From: Entomortierella parvispora E1425
Lineage: Eukaryota; Fungi; Mortierellomycota
NCBI GenBank assembly: GCA_020891255.1
Contig: BQFW01000010.1
Location: 1,488,001 to 1,552,000 of the forward strand
Length of the DNA: 64,000 nucleotides
Direction of reading: 5' to 3'
The notes under the pieces were generated by a model. That model was given only the letters and a program-made list of their open reading frames with translations. It was not told the origin of the DNA and did no database searches. This document shows, one piece after another, positions 24,796 through 40,900 of this stretch; position 1 is the stretch's first letter, and every line of letters starts with the position of its first letter. The position numbers were made by a program, and so were the translations under genes.

Positions 24796-27700
24796 ATGGC
24801 GACGACATCGACAGCATCGGCGACAGGACAGTCATCGACCACCGCGACGGCGGCTGTCGCCACCCCGCCTTCCAACGGAGGTCTCGCCAACGGAGCCAAC
24901 CACAACAACCTCAACAGTACCAGCAGCAGCACCGAGGTCTGGTCGAGTCTTCTCAAGAGCGTCGCCTCATCTCGACTGGTGCCTACCAAGGACGTGATCA
25001 TCCTTGGTGACCCTCAATCGGGTAAATCCACCCTGATTGATCTCCTCAAGACGGCCCAATCGACCTCGCTGGACCCTTCTGCCAATGGTTTGGATGGCTC
25101 GTTAAAGTCGGGCGCGAATGGCGTGGGGGCCACTGGTGGAGTGGTTGGACCTAATGGCGCCGTGAATGGAGGTGGAGTCACGACGGCCTCGAACAATGGC
25201 AACGGGAGTGCACCGGTGATGGTCGAGATGGGCACGGGTACGAGCGAGGACCACATGTTTGCAGTCGGCCAACGCAAGAACGACCTTGCCCTGAGCTACT
25301 CTTTCTGGAACGTGGAGGATGATGAGAACGAAGGTAAGGACTTGCCTGACCCCAAAGAACAAAGCCAACAAGCACCGACCATGAGATGCCTTCCTTTTGC
25401 TACGAGAATCGAGGAAAGAGAAACGCCATGTTGAAAAGCGCGTATCTCTCTCTCTCGGTCTTCCGGTCGGTCTTTGTACGGTATGCTCGGTAACAAAACT
25501 GACATTGTTTTCTTCTATCATTTTATTCTCTATCGACCTCTTCATTCCATGATATCCTTCATGATATCTCTGTCTCTCTCTCTTTTTCTTGCCTGGATGA
25601 CCATCTTCATGGACGACGACAACAACGACAACAACAACAAAACAACAACGACTTTAAAACGAACTAGAAACTGTGGCGAGATTGGGCATATACCAGATTG
25701 CAGGATCGCACAAAAGCTACCACGCTCTGCTAAAGTACTGCCTCAACACAAAGACGGTCGCAGACTCGGTCGTGATGATTGTCCTGGATTGGTCCCGGCC
25801 CTGGACGTTCATGGAGACATTGGAACGGTGGATCAAAGTCCTGGAGGTCGCTATCGAGCAGATCCGCCAGGAGGGAGCCATCTCCTCAACTGCCAACTGG
25901 TCCAAGGGCAAGGCTCTAATGGAGGAGCTCCAAGAGAAACGTACGTTATATTGGTGTTTGATATTTGACGTATGCAGGACCCTTCTTTTTTTGTGGTGCC
26001 GAGAGGAACGGTGGTTGTGGATGGATATTTGTTGGGCCCTTGACGAGACTTGGGATGTTTATTTTTCTCTCTTAGTTTTGTTTACTCAATGTGGTGTGAA
26101 TGTGCCTGTGTGTGTGCGTGTGTGTCATCCATTCAACCCAAGCGTGTCCGCCCATCGTTGCCCTCTTCCTTTTGTGATTCCTTTTCTTGTCTGCTGCCCG
26201 CTGTCTGTCCGCTTGACCGATCACATTTCCACCCCGCGAATTTTTGGCCTCTGATTGAAACAGACGAGACGCGTGAAGTTGGGCAACCACTTTCACATGG
26301 CCCAGACACGACGCGCTCTTTTTTTTTTCTTTTCTTTTTTCTTTTTTTTTTTTATTATCACTCTACTTATTACAGGACGCCTTGACTGAGTTACTTGCTT
26401 ACCTCTTCCTTCTCTTTGTTCGTTATAGTGGGGCGTTATCTGCAGGAATATGTCGAGCCGCAGCCAGCGCATGGTTCATCTACTACCTTCAGTGAGAGCC
26501 AGACTTTTTCGCTGGGATCGACCGACCCTCAATCTGTCTTGCTGCCCCTCACAGAAGGATGCCTGACCGACAACACGGGTGTTCCCATCATCATTGTCTG
26601 TACAAAGGTAAATGTCGATGCTGTTTGGACGACGCTGGTCCTTGGGTTCGCAGAATGGAGCATGAGATTGACAGGTGCAATACGATTCTAAATTTCATTT
26701 TAATGTTTTAGTCTGACCACATCAACAACTTGGAGCGCGAGATGGATTACCAGGAAGAGACGTTTGATTATATCCAGCAATCGTTGAGAACTATTTGCCT
26801 GAAATACGGCGCCAGTTTGTTCTATACCTCGATTCACCACCCTCACACGTTCGCGCACTTGCGCCAGTACATTCTTCATCGACTCTTGACCCCCTCCAGT
26901 TTGAACAACCCCCAACAACAACCTTCGTCCTCGCCCTTCAAGAGACGTGCACAGGTCGTGGAAAGGGATCAGGTTATGGTGCCTGCAGGCTGGGACTCGA
27001 TTGGAAAGATCAAGGTTCTCCGGAATGGATTCGATTGTGAAGGTGTCGCAAAGGGCTGGGATTTCGATCAAAATGGCCTGGGAGCACAGCAAGAGAACGA
27101 GAATGGTACTGGACACAGAGCCAGGACAGCAAGCGGGACCCTGGAGAGCGCGAGACAAGTTTATGAGGAGGTCATTATCAATCCAAAACTCAACCATGCG
27201 GTAAGTCTCCATTATGTTCTTGTTTCCAAAGACGTATCGTGGTAGAATAGGAAAAGGTCTCTGGGAATAGTCACTGACGATTTTGTGTCCCTTCGATTCT
27301 CTTCAATAGCCCGTGACGATACAACCCATTATTACTGCGGAGGATGATCAAGTATTCCTGGATCGATTCTTTGAGACGTTACAAAAGGCGAACGAACGAC
27401 CTGGCATGGCTTTGGGTGGCGGCTCCTCGGTTGGAATGGGAGGCGGATCGCATGGCTCTCATGGCAGCATGAGCGGACCTCCAGTGGTGGGACCTCTGGG
27501 ATCAGGATACACTTCCATGTTAAACAGTCACCATGCCAGCAGCCCTCCTCCTCCTCTGTCTGCTGGCGCTTCCTCTGCTGGTCTTGGAGCAGGACGTGGA
27601 TTGAACGGATTCGATGCTGATGATGTGGAGGGTCGCTTGAAGCATCTCACCTCAAAGTCCAAGGTCAACGGTGGTGGATCTTCCTCTGGACTGCTGGGAC

Positions 27701-28059
27701 CGTCTTTGACAGAGGCTGGAGTGGGAGGTCCTGGTAGTGGTGGACTGGCGAGCTCGAACGCAAAGATGATGATGGAACAGGGACGGACACATTCAGGATC
27801 ACCTCCCGTCTCTTTGAACAATCCCTCTGCCTCTTTGGGAGGCATGGCTGGTTCTTCTCCCTCATTGAGCACATCGCCCTCGGTCCAGCAATTCTTCCAG
27901 TCCTTGATGACCCGGAAGCCCACGTCAGGGGTTCCCCCACTGGGTGGCGGCTCTGTCGGAGCTACGGCAGCTACGGGTACAGGTGCTGGTACTGGATCTG
28001 GATCGGCGTCTGTTCCAACGGCGGCGACGGTCACTTCACCTTCTGGAAGCAACCCATAA
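24796..28059 (+). CDS. DLI1: cytoplasmic dynein light intermediate chain; exons 24796-25333, 25668-25940, 26429-26607, 26712-27200, 27310-28059 (742 aa)
   Basis: VWSSLLKSVA; P-loop GDPQSGKST; IVLDWSRPW; GVPIIIVCTKSD; FDYIQQSLRTICLKYGASLFYTS; ERDQVMVPAGWDSIGKIKVL; C-terminal helices FLDRFFETL and VQQFFQSLM. Confidence 0.93.
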
Positions 28060-28487
28060 ATAAGATGTTCTTTTTTTTCTTTTCTCCTCCTTGATGTTCT
28101 TTTGTCCCCGTCTTTCTTTGTTACCCCATATCCGATATTATGAACATGATTCCCCATCACACACACACACACACACGCTTGCTTCATCGTGCCCTCCTGC
28201 CTCTCTTCAACATTTCTTCCCTTTTTTCTTCTTTTCTGGTGATGATAACGTACCACAAACACACAAAAAATAAACATGCATCTTGTTGGAAACGAAAGAG
28301 ACATGATAGATGCGAGGATGGCAGTCATTGGCATGATCATCTCGATCGGTATCAAGCAGAGCCATGGAGGAATAGTGCAATACGTTGTATATTTTGGCAG
28401 GTATCTAGTACAAAAAGTCCGTTTTCCTTCTCTCTCTCTTCTTTTCCTTTCTCGCCTCTTGGTTTTTCGGTTGGTTGGGGGGGTTTT

Positions 28488-30842
<2,355 letters not shown>

Positions 30843-31212
30843 TGTTATGAGAGTGGAGAAGAGAGAGAGAGAGAGAAAGAGAGAGAAGGGGGAATAAGAG
30901 GGAAAGAGAGAGAGAGAGAGGAGAAAGGACGAGAAAAAGAGTGGAGAGAGAAAGAAGAGGAGAGAAAACGAGTGGAGCGGGGGAAGAATATCGGCGTTTT
31001 GTACCCGCGAAAGAAGTATCGACCGTATTGTATGAAAATCAATCGTCTCAATTGAACGCACACAGAAAGAATGAGTTGTGAGGCACAATTGGACCCATCA
31101 CGTGAAGGGAATACTTTCCCCGGCACCCCCTGGGCCCGGAGCGGTCTCAGCTTCGATTGCTCCTGTTCCTCTTTCGTTTGGTTCATTTGTTTGCTGTGTG
31201 GTCCGTTGGCTC

Positions 31213-31248
31213 TCGTTCGTTCGTTCGTTCGTTCGTTCGTTCGTTCGT
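31213..31248. repeat. (TCGT)9 microsatellite upstream of GUT1
   Basis: Nine perfect TCGT units. Confidence 0.9.
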
Positions 31249-31654
31249 TTGTGCCTGAGTACCTCCCTGCCTGCCCTGCCTGCCCTGCCTGCCCTGCGGG
31301 AGATCGACAGGGAGGTTCTCCCCCCCCCCTCGTTCTCTCTCCGCCATTCAGGTTCTCTTCTCTCTCATCTCTCGTTCGCTGTCTTATACAGCACCCACCT
31401 CACCGGTCTTGCGCACACGGACCAACGCAAACCCGTTGTTCCGTGGGAGCGGGGCTCTTGTTGCCGGGCAGGGGTGATGACCTTTTCTTTCCTCTTTCTT
31501 TCCTTCTCTTTCCCTTTGAAAAAGAACCCCACAATTGAAGGGGAAACTCATAAACACAAGAACAATGTTTCTTTTTTGTTTCTTTTCTTCTTATCTTGAT
31601 TTGTGTGTACAAAGAAGCAATACTCTATTTTTTTCACTCTGTTCTTCTACAACT

Positions 31655-32548
31655 CTACAATGGCTTGAAGAGGTCGGCGGTGCCATCTTTACCTTCAGCC
31701 TTCAACCCGGCCCAGGTTGCCCATTCGTCGTCTTCTCTCCATCTGGGATCCGCGCTCTTGAGCTTGATCTCCATGTCCTCCTTGAACGTCCTGCAGTTGG
31801 GTCCCTTGGTACCATCAGCGTACATACCCGTGCCCAATGGGTACAACCAGGGAAAGAGCAACGCCTCTGCGTTCTTGCCCTTGGCCTTGGCGGGCGTAGG
31901 GCAGCCGGCGACACGCAGGACACGACGTTCTTCCAGGGTCAAGTCCTGCATCTCGCGAGGGATGCGGGAGAACATGGACAGACGAGGGGCCCTGGGGATC
32001 AGGTTCTTGGGATCACCCTGCAATCCATCGCCCTTGTCAAACAGATCGTGACAGGCCTTGCAGACCTGCAAGTAAAATGAAACACAGCAGAAACGTGGTG
32101 GCATTGGTTGGGAGAGGGTTGTGGGGGAGAAAGTCTGGACATGCAGAGCCTTATTTTGATAAGATTAGATCCACGGGATGGGGTTCAAAGCCGAAATTTA
32201 CCTGGACTTTGGTGGTGTCCTTGGGGTTGAGGGTGGGGGCATCGCCCAGGATAAAGTGGATAGGCCACTTGAGAGGAGGGCGGTTGTCGAGAGCAGCAGC
32301 ACCATCTACATGTGGAGAGAGAGGAGTGGTTAGAGAGAGAGAAAGACAAACGGAAAAAAGAGTACTTCTCTGACGTGTCTCTGATGACGCCGTGTCCCTC
32401 GCCCCCCCGCCGCCGTGGCTATCTTACAGATCGTGTTGGACAGAGGCGTAGGAGGAGGCACGGCCTTGTTGGGGATATAGAAGGGAGCCTCTCCAGCAAG
32501 GAGAATCAGGCAGTTGGCGCAGGCAGCGCGGTTGTTGGAGGCGGACAT
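31655..32548 (-). CDS. small Cys-rich protein with Helitron RepHel-like (DUF6570-like) motifs; exons 32548-32428, 32305-32202, 32065-31655 (211 aa)
   Basis: Introns GTAAGA..TGTAG and GTAAAT..TGCAG give a continuous ORF with CANC, CKAC, IPREMQDLTLEERRVL, EALLFPWLYPLGTG and LKSADPRWRED. The gene model is well supported; the family call is motif-based. Confidence 0.75.
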
Positions 32549-32812
32549 GGTACAATGAGGTTGAATGAGAAGAGAACAAGCATGAATGAATGAATGAATG
32601 AATGAAGGGAGGAAGGAGATCAAGCAAGAAAAAGAGGCTAAACGGAGCACGTGATGCAATCTATTTTTTCAACGATCAATTTCGGACCACCGATGTGTGT
32701 GTCTCTTTTGTTACTGTCCCTCTGTGTGCCTGTGTCTGCTTTTCTTGTTCAGGTCCGCTTTGCTTTCATCCATCCATTCCATCTTTCTCCCTCATCCCTC
32801 AAGAACTGCACC

Positions 32813-34963
32813 ATGACCGTCTCTGAACCCACCAAGCAGGAGACCCTCGACCTGTTCAAGCGCCTCAAGTCCCAGCATGCCAACAAGGCAAGTCAAACAA
32901 GTCAACCTTCTTGCCCTTTTGTGAAAGAGTCGACCCTCCGTCCTCCCCCCTTTTTTATTAGCCTTTTATCCTTCCTGCTCTGGCAGATGATGGACCTTCA
33001 AGGATGGACAGCATGCAAGCACAGGACCCCCCTTCTTTCTCATTGTCCTACCTGTTGGATGTCTAGTCATGCAGTTGACCCAAGCACATGGACACCTCTC
33101 GATATATTCACTGACATTGCACGCAGACACAACCAGATTGGCATCAGGATGGCACATGGACACTTGCTTTGTCTGCCTATACGACAGGCCAACATGAATG
33201 TGATCCGACAAGCGACTAACCTTCTGCGACCATCCATTAGATGTGCGCGGACTGCAACGCAAAGAACCCTGACTGGTGCAGTATCCCATTCGGCATCTTT
33301 CTCTGCTTCGAATGCAGTTCTGTTCATCGCAATCTCGGCGTCCACATTTCCTTTGTCCGGTATGGAGATCACCATCTCGGCCATGGAACCTCGGTCATCA
33401 TTGTCAGGCACTCCTCAATGCTCTCTCTTTCTAACCAAGAATACATCCTCTCTATCCCTTCAGCTCTTCTCTGTTGGACTCGTGGTCGTGGGATCAGCTC
33501 CGCACCATGAAGGTCGGAGGCAACGCCGCACTGCACGAGTTCTTCAACAAGTCCATGGTGGGCAGCAGTAACAAGGACGCAAAGACAAAGTATACCTCCA
33601 AAACCGCCATCGCATACAAGGAGAAGCTGGAGCAGCGCAAGGCAGAGGACATTGCTAGGTAAGCAACGCCCTTCGTCAGGATCTGTTTCTCTGGAGATTA
33701 TCACCAGAGATCCAATTTCAGGACCGATTCGAGATTGCTCTAAATTTGCTGTTGACAGTTGACAGCCCCTGCATGTCAACAGGACATTCATGCTGGTAAT
33801 CAACAAACGTCTGATCGCCTACTTCTTTCGTCTGCCTACACTTTTTTCTTTGTAGCAACCCTGGACGTATGATCCCTGAAGCTGCCAAACCTGCCACACC
33901 CGTTGCAGCAGCTGCTGACGAAGATGATTTCTTCAACACCTGGAACGAGCCCAAGAAGCCCTCCTCCGGATCATCTACTCCCACTTCGTCCTCTACCCCT
34001 CCTCCTGTCGTCGGATTGGGCTCCGCCACCTCTTCTCCCCAGCGCACAGGATTGATCCGCCCTCAACGCTCAACTTTGACTCCTAAAAAGACTACCTTGG
34101 GCGCATCCAAGCCCATGAAGCTTGGAGTGAAGAAGGTTGGTGGCGTCAACTTTGAGGAGGCCGAGGCAAGAGCCAGAGCTGAGGCAGAGAGGATTGCTAC
34201 TTTGGGTGCCGAGGCTGCAGAGCAGGAGAGATTGGAAAAGAAGGCTGCTGCCGACAGAGCACTCCAAAGAGCTGCCGATTTGCAGAACGCTAACAAGCAG
34301 CCCCAAGCAGCCCCCGTCCGCACCAACTACTACCAGGCCAACACCGCAGGAAGCTCTGCCTCCAAGGCAAACGATGACGGTCTGGCACGACTTGGAATGG
34401 GCATGGGCCGCATGGGCTTTGGCGCTGCTCCTTCAGCTCGCTCCTCCAACTACTCTACTCCTCAAGGTAAAAACACTCGCAATCAACTGGGTCACATAGG
34501 GGGCGTCCATAGGATACGTATGTTCTACTGTTCAAATACTAATCTTTGTTTCTTTATACCCACCTCCTAGTCGAACAAACGACTGCCCGTGAAAAGTTTG
34601 GCACCCAAAAGGCTATTTCTTCGGACCAGTTCTTTGGTCGCAACAACTACGATGCCAAGGCTCAGGCCGAGGCCAATACCCGCCTTCAGTCGTTCTCTGG
34701 AGCCACCGCCATCAGCAGTAGCCAGTACTTTGGACGCGATGAGGAGCAACCTGTGGATGATGAAGGTAATTTTGAATTCACAAAATGAATATGGAGCCTG
34801 GATATGCTTGTTTGCAGTCGACTCATCTTTTATCTCGCTTTCTTTCCCTATCACAGTCGACCAGCTTAGCGCTGACTTTGCCGCCATTGGAAACGCAGTG
34901 ATGAAGGGCGCCGACCTTCTCAACGATATGATCAACGACATGTCTTCACACTATAACTATTAA
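32813..34963 (+). CDS. GLO3: ADP-ribosylation factor GTPase-activating protein Glo3/ArfGAP2-3; exons 32813-32887, 33241-33359, 33464-33658, 33856-34466, 34571-34765, 34857-34963 (433 aa)
   Basis: [61 protein letters not shown]; two Glo3 motifs ([19 protein letters not shown]). The first intron is GC-AG. Confidence 0.95.
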
Positions 34964-37900
34964 AGGCGACAACCCAGGACAAGTCTGTACTTTTGGATTC
35001 TAGACCAAGGACGCAGGATATCGTCTCTTGATTCCCCATATTTATGATGAGTTGCTGGCCTCCTTTGAGACGTCGATTGAGACTCAATCTTTAGAAAGAT
35101 AGACGTGTTTCCTCTCTTCTCCTTCCCCTTTCCTTCCTTCCCTTATATCATTGTATTTCAAACTTGTAGTAAACCAACTAATCAAACTCTTTGTTTTTTG
35201 CCGAACTTTGATATACTTGCGATAAGTTGTGTGGAGGTGAGGGCGGCTAGCAAAAGTCGCCATTAAAGATATCAGGCTTGCCTGCTGCCAAGCGCCTTAA
35301 TCCCTGCCCGTCTTCCAGCCCTCCACATCCGCTACCTCATATCCCTACGGCGCAGATGAGAAAGAGATCCTGCAGTCCTTTTTCATATGCCAAAGGTTGG
35401 TCATCTTTTTTTGTGTGTCGGCTCAAAAAAAAAAAAAAAAATCTATGTTTTCTCTTTTCCCTCCTCATCCTCTGACTCGTGTCAATCGCCCTTTTTATTT
35501 TCTTGGCTCCTTGCTCCACCTTCAGCAAAGAACACAGCGGTGAGGATAGAGTGCAGGCTTACAAATACGGTTTTCCTCCCTCCTTTTTTTTTTTAACCTT
35601 TGTTCGATGGTTCGAAAAAACGGCGATCGCTGTGCTACTGCGAAACGTGGCCATGGAATGAACCGCCGCCGACCTGAGTGCAGTTGAGACATTGAGGACT
35701 GTGGCTTTCAGGAAGGCCGGTACCACCGTGCCCATGATTTCACCTGTGCTTGTGCTATCGCCTCACCTGCTTCCCCTTCCACTTCCCCTTGGGCACGTTC
35801 AAGCGACATTCCACTCTCTTACCTACAAGCGCACCCTTATTATCTTGTGCACCCACAAGTCTCTTGGACACCCACCTAAGCCTCCAAACTTACAGCCGAG
35901 CCACCATTTCAAACTGATGCCGCTGCCCCTGTCCCCTCCTTTCCTCTTCCCCCCCTCGCCCCCGTGGCTTGGTCCTCTTGGGCAGCTTACAAATGGCACC
36001 TCAATTTTTGACCATTCTCAGACCACCATGGTAACACGACGCCAAAACTTGCATGCAAAGGTTTTACGAACAGGACGTTACATTTTGACAAAAAAAAAGG
36101 CTCTTGTTTTTCAATTGTTGTCCCTTCCATTGAATTGAATAAAAAAAAATAAACCAAAAAAAACCTGGAATAAAACTTGATTCAATTGAGTCGTTTGTGA
36201 ATGCGGTGTGTATTGTACGTATTCAGGCACCATGGGCGCACAACCAAGGGACATAGAGCACACCTACAAATACACAAGACAAAACGATGGGCAACGCACG
36301 CAAAACAAAGATGCACGCGATGACGAATGCCCAATCGAAAAGACTTCCAAGTTTGGTCATATCAAGCCGAACTCGTTTTTACTCTCCTTGATTGGTTCTA
36401 GTCCTCTCTCTGTGTGTCTGTCTACCCTGACTTTTTTCCCCTCCCCTCTTTCTTTCTCTGGCCGGTCTGCTTTTTTTCTGACTCCATGGTTTCAAAAAAA
36501 AAAAAAAAAAAAAAAAAAGAAAAGCGTCAGAGTACACAGTGCGCGAGTCTGGATCGAGGGCGAGGGGAAGAAATATACATGTCGCATCTACGAAGGACAA
36601 GAAAGGATAGGAAACCACATCAAAGACTTGACTCTTTCGAGCGACCAGATTCGAGGCCATTAACCCATATACTAGATGATCCCAAAGTCGATACTACGCA
36701 TGGTCATGAGTGAGTAGATTGCGTTTTCAGGACAAAGAATGCGGCGAGGGTCACGATGGACAATGACCTTGTCAGCCATGCAAGAGAGATAGAGAGAGAG
36801 TTAATTGCAATGAATTCCCGGACCTGCGCAAGGACGACAACAAACGAGATAACGATGGGTCTAACAGCCAGCCGTCATTGCGCGTGGGGGTCATGATGGG
36901 TGATGGGAGGTTCGTGGCATGGACCTACATGCAGACGAGGATCTCCACAGCCGATGGAAGAGATGAGGCAAGCAGCAAGTAAGTAAGAGGGTGGGGTGAC
37001 TGTGAAAAGGAAATGGTTATCAGATCCAATTTCCATTGAATGGGGAAATGGACCATTGGTTTTTGCGGAGAATAAGCATAGCCGAGAAAGAAGAGCGTTT
37101 GTTGTTTTGGATTTGCCTGGTCCACGGATACAACAACCCACAAAGAGCGCTAAGGAAAGAGACGAGAAAGGAGAATGGGAAAAAAGGTGGGGACCTTCCT
37201 TTTGAGGCTTCGACAGCGCAAACAATAAAAAAAAAAGTGCGCCGTCGACAGGGCTCAACAACGCGTCGTGAGCGATTCTTCTTCCCTTCCCCGTCTTTTC
37301 TCTTCCTCTTTCGCTTTTGCCCATAGATTTACAGCGAAATGATCGAAAAGTGCTCATAATATTTAACAGTCGATAGACCCCATGTCCCCTCTCTCGTCCA
37401 TGGAGCACCTATTTTTACAACATTGCTCACCGTGATAGAACGCGCTCTCGACGCGAAAAAAAATAATAATGAGCACGCGTCCTTAAACGGGTGAGGAGGA
37501 AGGAAGAAAGTAAGAAAGCAAGAAGGGGGATGAATGGTCTACAAGAGCAAAAAGAGATTGCCCCTGTCCGAGGCTCTTGTGGAGATGAACCCAACAATTT
37601 TTTTCTTGTTTTTCCTGTTCGTTTTCTAGACTACTGATCGCCCATGATCCTCGGTGGACCTGTGGGTCCATTGATCCGCTCGGTTCTACTACTGAGCGCA
37701 ATTGGGGGTTAGCGGGAGAGAGGACAGGGCGACGTTGAGCGCTACTTTTCTTTTTTCCGTTCTCGAACCTCTCCAATTTGTTCAATGAGCGAAACACATG
37801 CACAAACATACCACACCACAGAATGGTCAGGACCCCCACTCCACTCCACTTTGTCTGTCTCTCTCTCTCTCTAGTGGTCTACTGAGTCATCGACTTGTGT

Positions 37901-40900
37901 TGCAAAAGAAAAAGAGAACCCGAACTGAATGAGAAAAATGAAAAAAGACTAGGGTCATTGAAGGGAAAGGGTGCGGACGTTCAAATTCAAGGACCACACG
38001 CGATCCCACGAAGTTTTTTTTTTTCTTCCTCCGTTCCCATGCAGTGCCTTTTTTCTCTTTATTGAGCTGAATGCCTTGCTGCAATACTATCTCTCCACAT
38101 ATTACACAGCGTGAATCTGCGCCCGCTATCTTTTTACTTCTCCCTCCCTTCTCTCCCCGCTCCGTCCGTCCGATTGAGGTATTTGCCGAAGAGGGAACGT
38201 AAACCAAAGAGATAAAAAACTTTTTTTTTGTGCTGTGTAAGGACACGAAATTACCAGCGGGACTGGCCCCCGGACCAAGAGGGCGGGAGAAAAAAATCAA
38301 TTGCCAAATAATTGGATTCCCTCCCTCCTCCCTATTGCTTATTCCACCCCTTTGAACCGCCAAAAACGAAGGTCCCCTGGACAAAAGGAATTCGAGGGCT
38401 GAAGAAGGCTCTCGTTTTTTTTTTGACTCCACATAGCCTAGCTGATGAGAGGGAAAAGAGAGCGGGGCGTGTGTGCGCTCGCAGCTGTGTGCCATCTGAG
38501 GCATAGAACGTGTGGCGTGCTTGAATCTCGACAGCCGTGCATCAGTGCTCTGGCTCTTTTTTTTTCTTTGTTATCTTCCTTTTGCCACCTGTGCTGATGA
38601 TCTAGACCGCCGCCGCTCTACTTTTCTTTCTTCCGAAGGATGATGAATATTAGCTTATAATTTTAACCCATTTTTCCCCCTGATCACAGCACAGAAAAAC
38701 TCGCTCTTTGAGAAAGATGGATCTTTCCTGCCTGCGCCCAACATGGGGGGTCATACCTTAGTCTTTAGGCGAAAGAAAAGAATGATGCGGAATAAAATTA
38801 TGATGATAACCCACTCTCACCCTGGGCTAGGCGATCTTTTCCAAATCGCTGACGTTTTCTACCAGTACTAGCTTTTGTTAGTTCGCACCTGATGATGCAG
38901 TTTTTTTTTTCTTTTTTTCTCTCTTACACTTCAAGGGACCGTGACATTGTCCAAGTCGACGTGCATCTCCTATCGGAGATCCATCTTGTCTATAGACTGA
39001 ACATTGCGACATCATGTATGCCTCTGTCTTTGACGTCGTCTTTATTATTGTTGGCTTACTTTTCGGGGTTTCGACTTTTTTAGAGTCGCAAAGGTTCGTC
39101 GGTGCGGACTAAAACATACAGAATGCAACTGATCCTCCCTCTATGCTCTTCCTACAGTTCTTCCTCGTTGTCTCTTTTTACTATTGTTCCTTTCCCTTGG
39201 CGTTCTGCATTTGTATCTCCTCTTCGTTGTGGTCCCGTCTGAGAAAAAAAAATATAAGGCGCAAACTATAAAGCACGGCGTTCAAGGGGCAGAGTACGTA
39301 TGTACCTGTTGGTGCAACCAAGAAGAAGGGCCTTGATTGATGACAGAGAAGGAGACGGAGAAGGAAAAAAAAAAACATGGCAGCAAAAAACGTGCTTCAT
39401 CATGAGACCTTTTTTTTTTTTTTTTTTTTTTTTTTGGACAGAACAAAGAAGAAGAAAAAAACCTCACGCTTCACCGCATGTTCTCTTCACCTTCCTTTTG
39501 TTTTTCTTTTTGAAAACAACAGAAAATCTGAGCAAAATGGAAAGTTCTTACTATCTTAGAGTTGTTGACCATGACATCCCCCCCTTGCGGAGGATTTGCT
39601 GTTGATGTTGCGGTTTGGGCGTAGGGGTTCAGTGTCACTGTGCTGCACAACGAGCCATTATCTAGGGGCATGCGGGCCATCATAAATAAATAAAAAAACA
39701 AAGAAAACTCAATTGAACTTCAATTGACGATGACCCATGGTCTGCTCACCATTGCTATTGGAGGGGGGAGGGACTTCTCCCAACCTGAAAGGGGTCAGTC
39801 TCCAAGGCCCTGCCTCTCCCTCACGGACAAGGCATATATGCACGCACGCGTGCACGCGCTGCGCGTCCCGCCTAGTCACTCCCCCTCTCTTTGTCTTCAC
39901 TCTCCCTCCACTTTCCAATTTTTTTTTTTGACACAACACCCCACTCTGGACTTTGTCCTCCCCTCTCCGCTGCTCAAAGAGTTGACACCCCCCTTTCGTT
40001 CCCTCCGCCTCTGTGCCCCCTGGTTTTTGTTGTTGTGGGCGAAACCTTAGGAGGTGTCACAAGAAACAAACAAAAACACAAACAACACAAACAATAGCAA
40101 CAAGACCCACATGGCGAAAAAGGTTTCTGTGTAACCTTCAATGGGGACAAGACGCCTCAAAGAGAAAAAAAAATAACAATAACAAAAAGGGAAAAAAAAA
40201 ATACAAGGGACCTGGAGCTCAGAAAACGATCGTGTTCTTTTAGAAACAAATTTTTTCTGTTTTTTTTTTTTTTTTTCGCTCTCAGTCCCTTGAACGGGTA
40301 TTTCGTAATACCTCTGTGGGATAATGTACCTCCTTCTTCAGAAAACGACAGGGAACGACAGAACATCTCGCATGAAGAACTAACAGAAGGTCGAAAGAAC
40401 AAGGGGAAAAAAAAAAGCAACAAAAAGGAGATCAGTACGTCTGCGGGAGTCGGCGCTGAAGACAGAGCGAGCACCAATTGTGTGCTCGGAACCGAGCACG
40501 AGGATTGCAACTGTTGCCTTGTCTTCTCCTTGTATCCTCCCTCCGTTTTCTCCCCGCCTATTTCGTATCACTTCTCCCAACTCATTTTTTTTTTCAAGGT
40601 TGGCAACAAGCACAGCGATCGTCACTCCTCTGAATTTTACAGGGATAAAAAATTAAATTTTGCCGCCATTGTGCGGACAGGGCTCGAAACCGGAATAAAA
40701 TTTAAACCAAAGATTCGCGTCCCTGTCGCGTTTTTTTTTTCGCTTTTTTTTGTATGTTTCACCTTGCTGCAATCGACCCCGCAACCCCAGACGGCGATCG
40801 ATGCAGGGTAAAAGGAGTCCAAACTCCAAACAGGAAACCAGACGACACTCAGCTCGCTTCCGCTCTTACCCCTTTGTTTCCCCTCTTTACCCGAGCCGAG

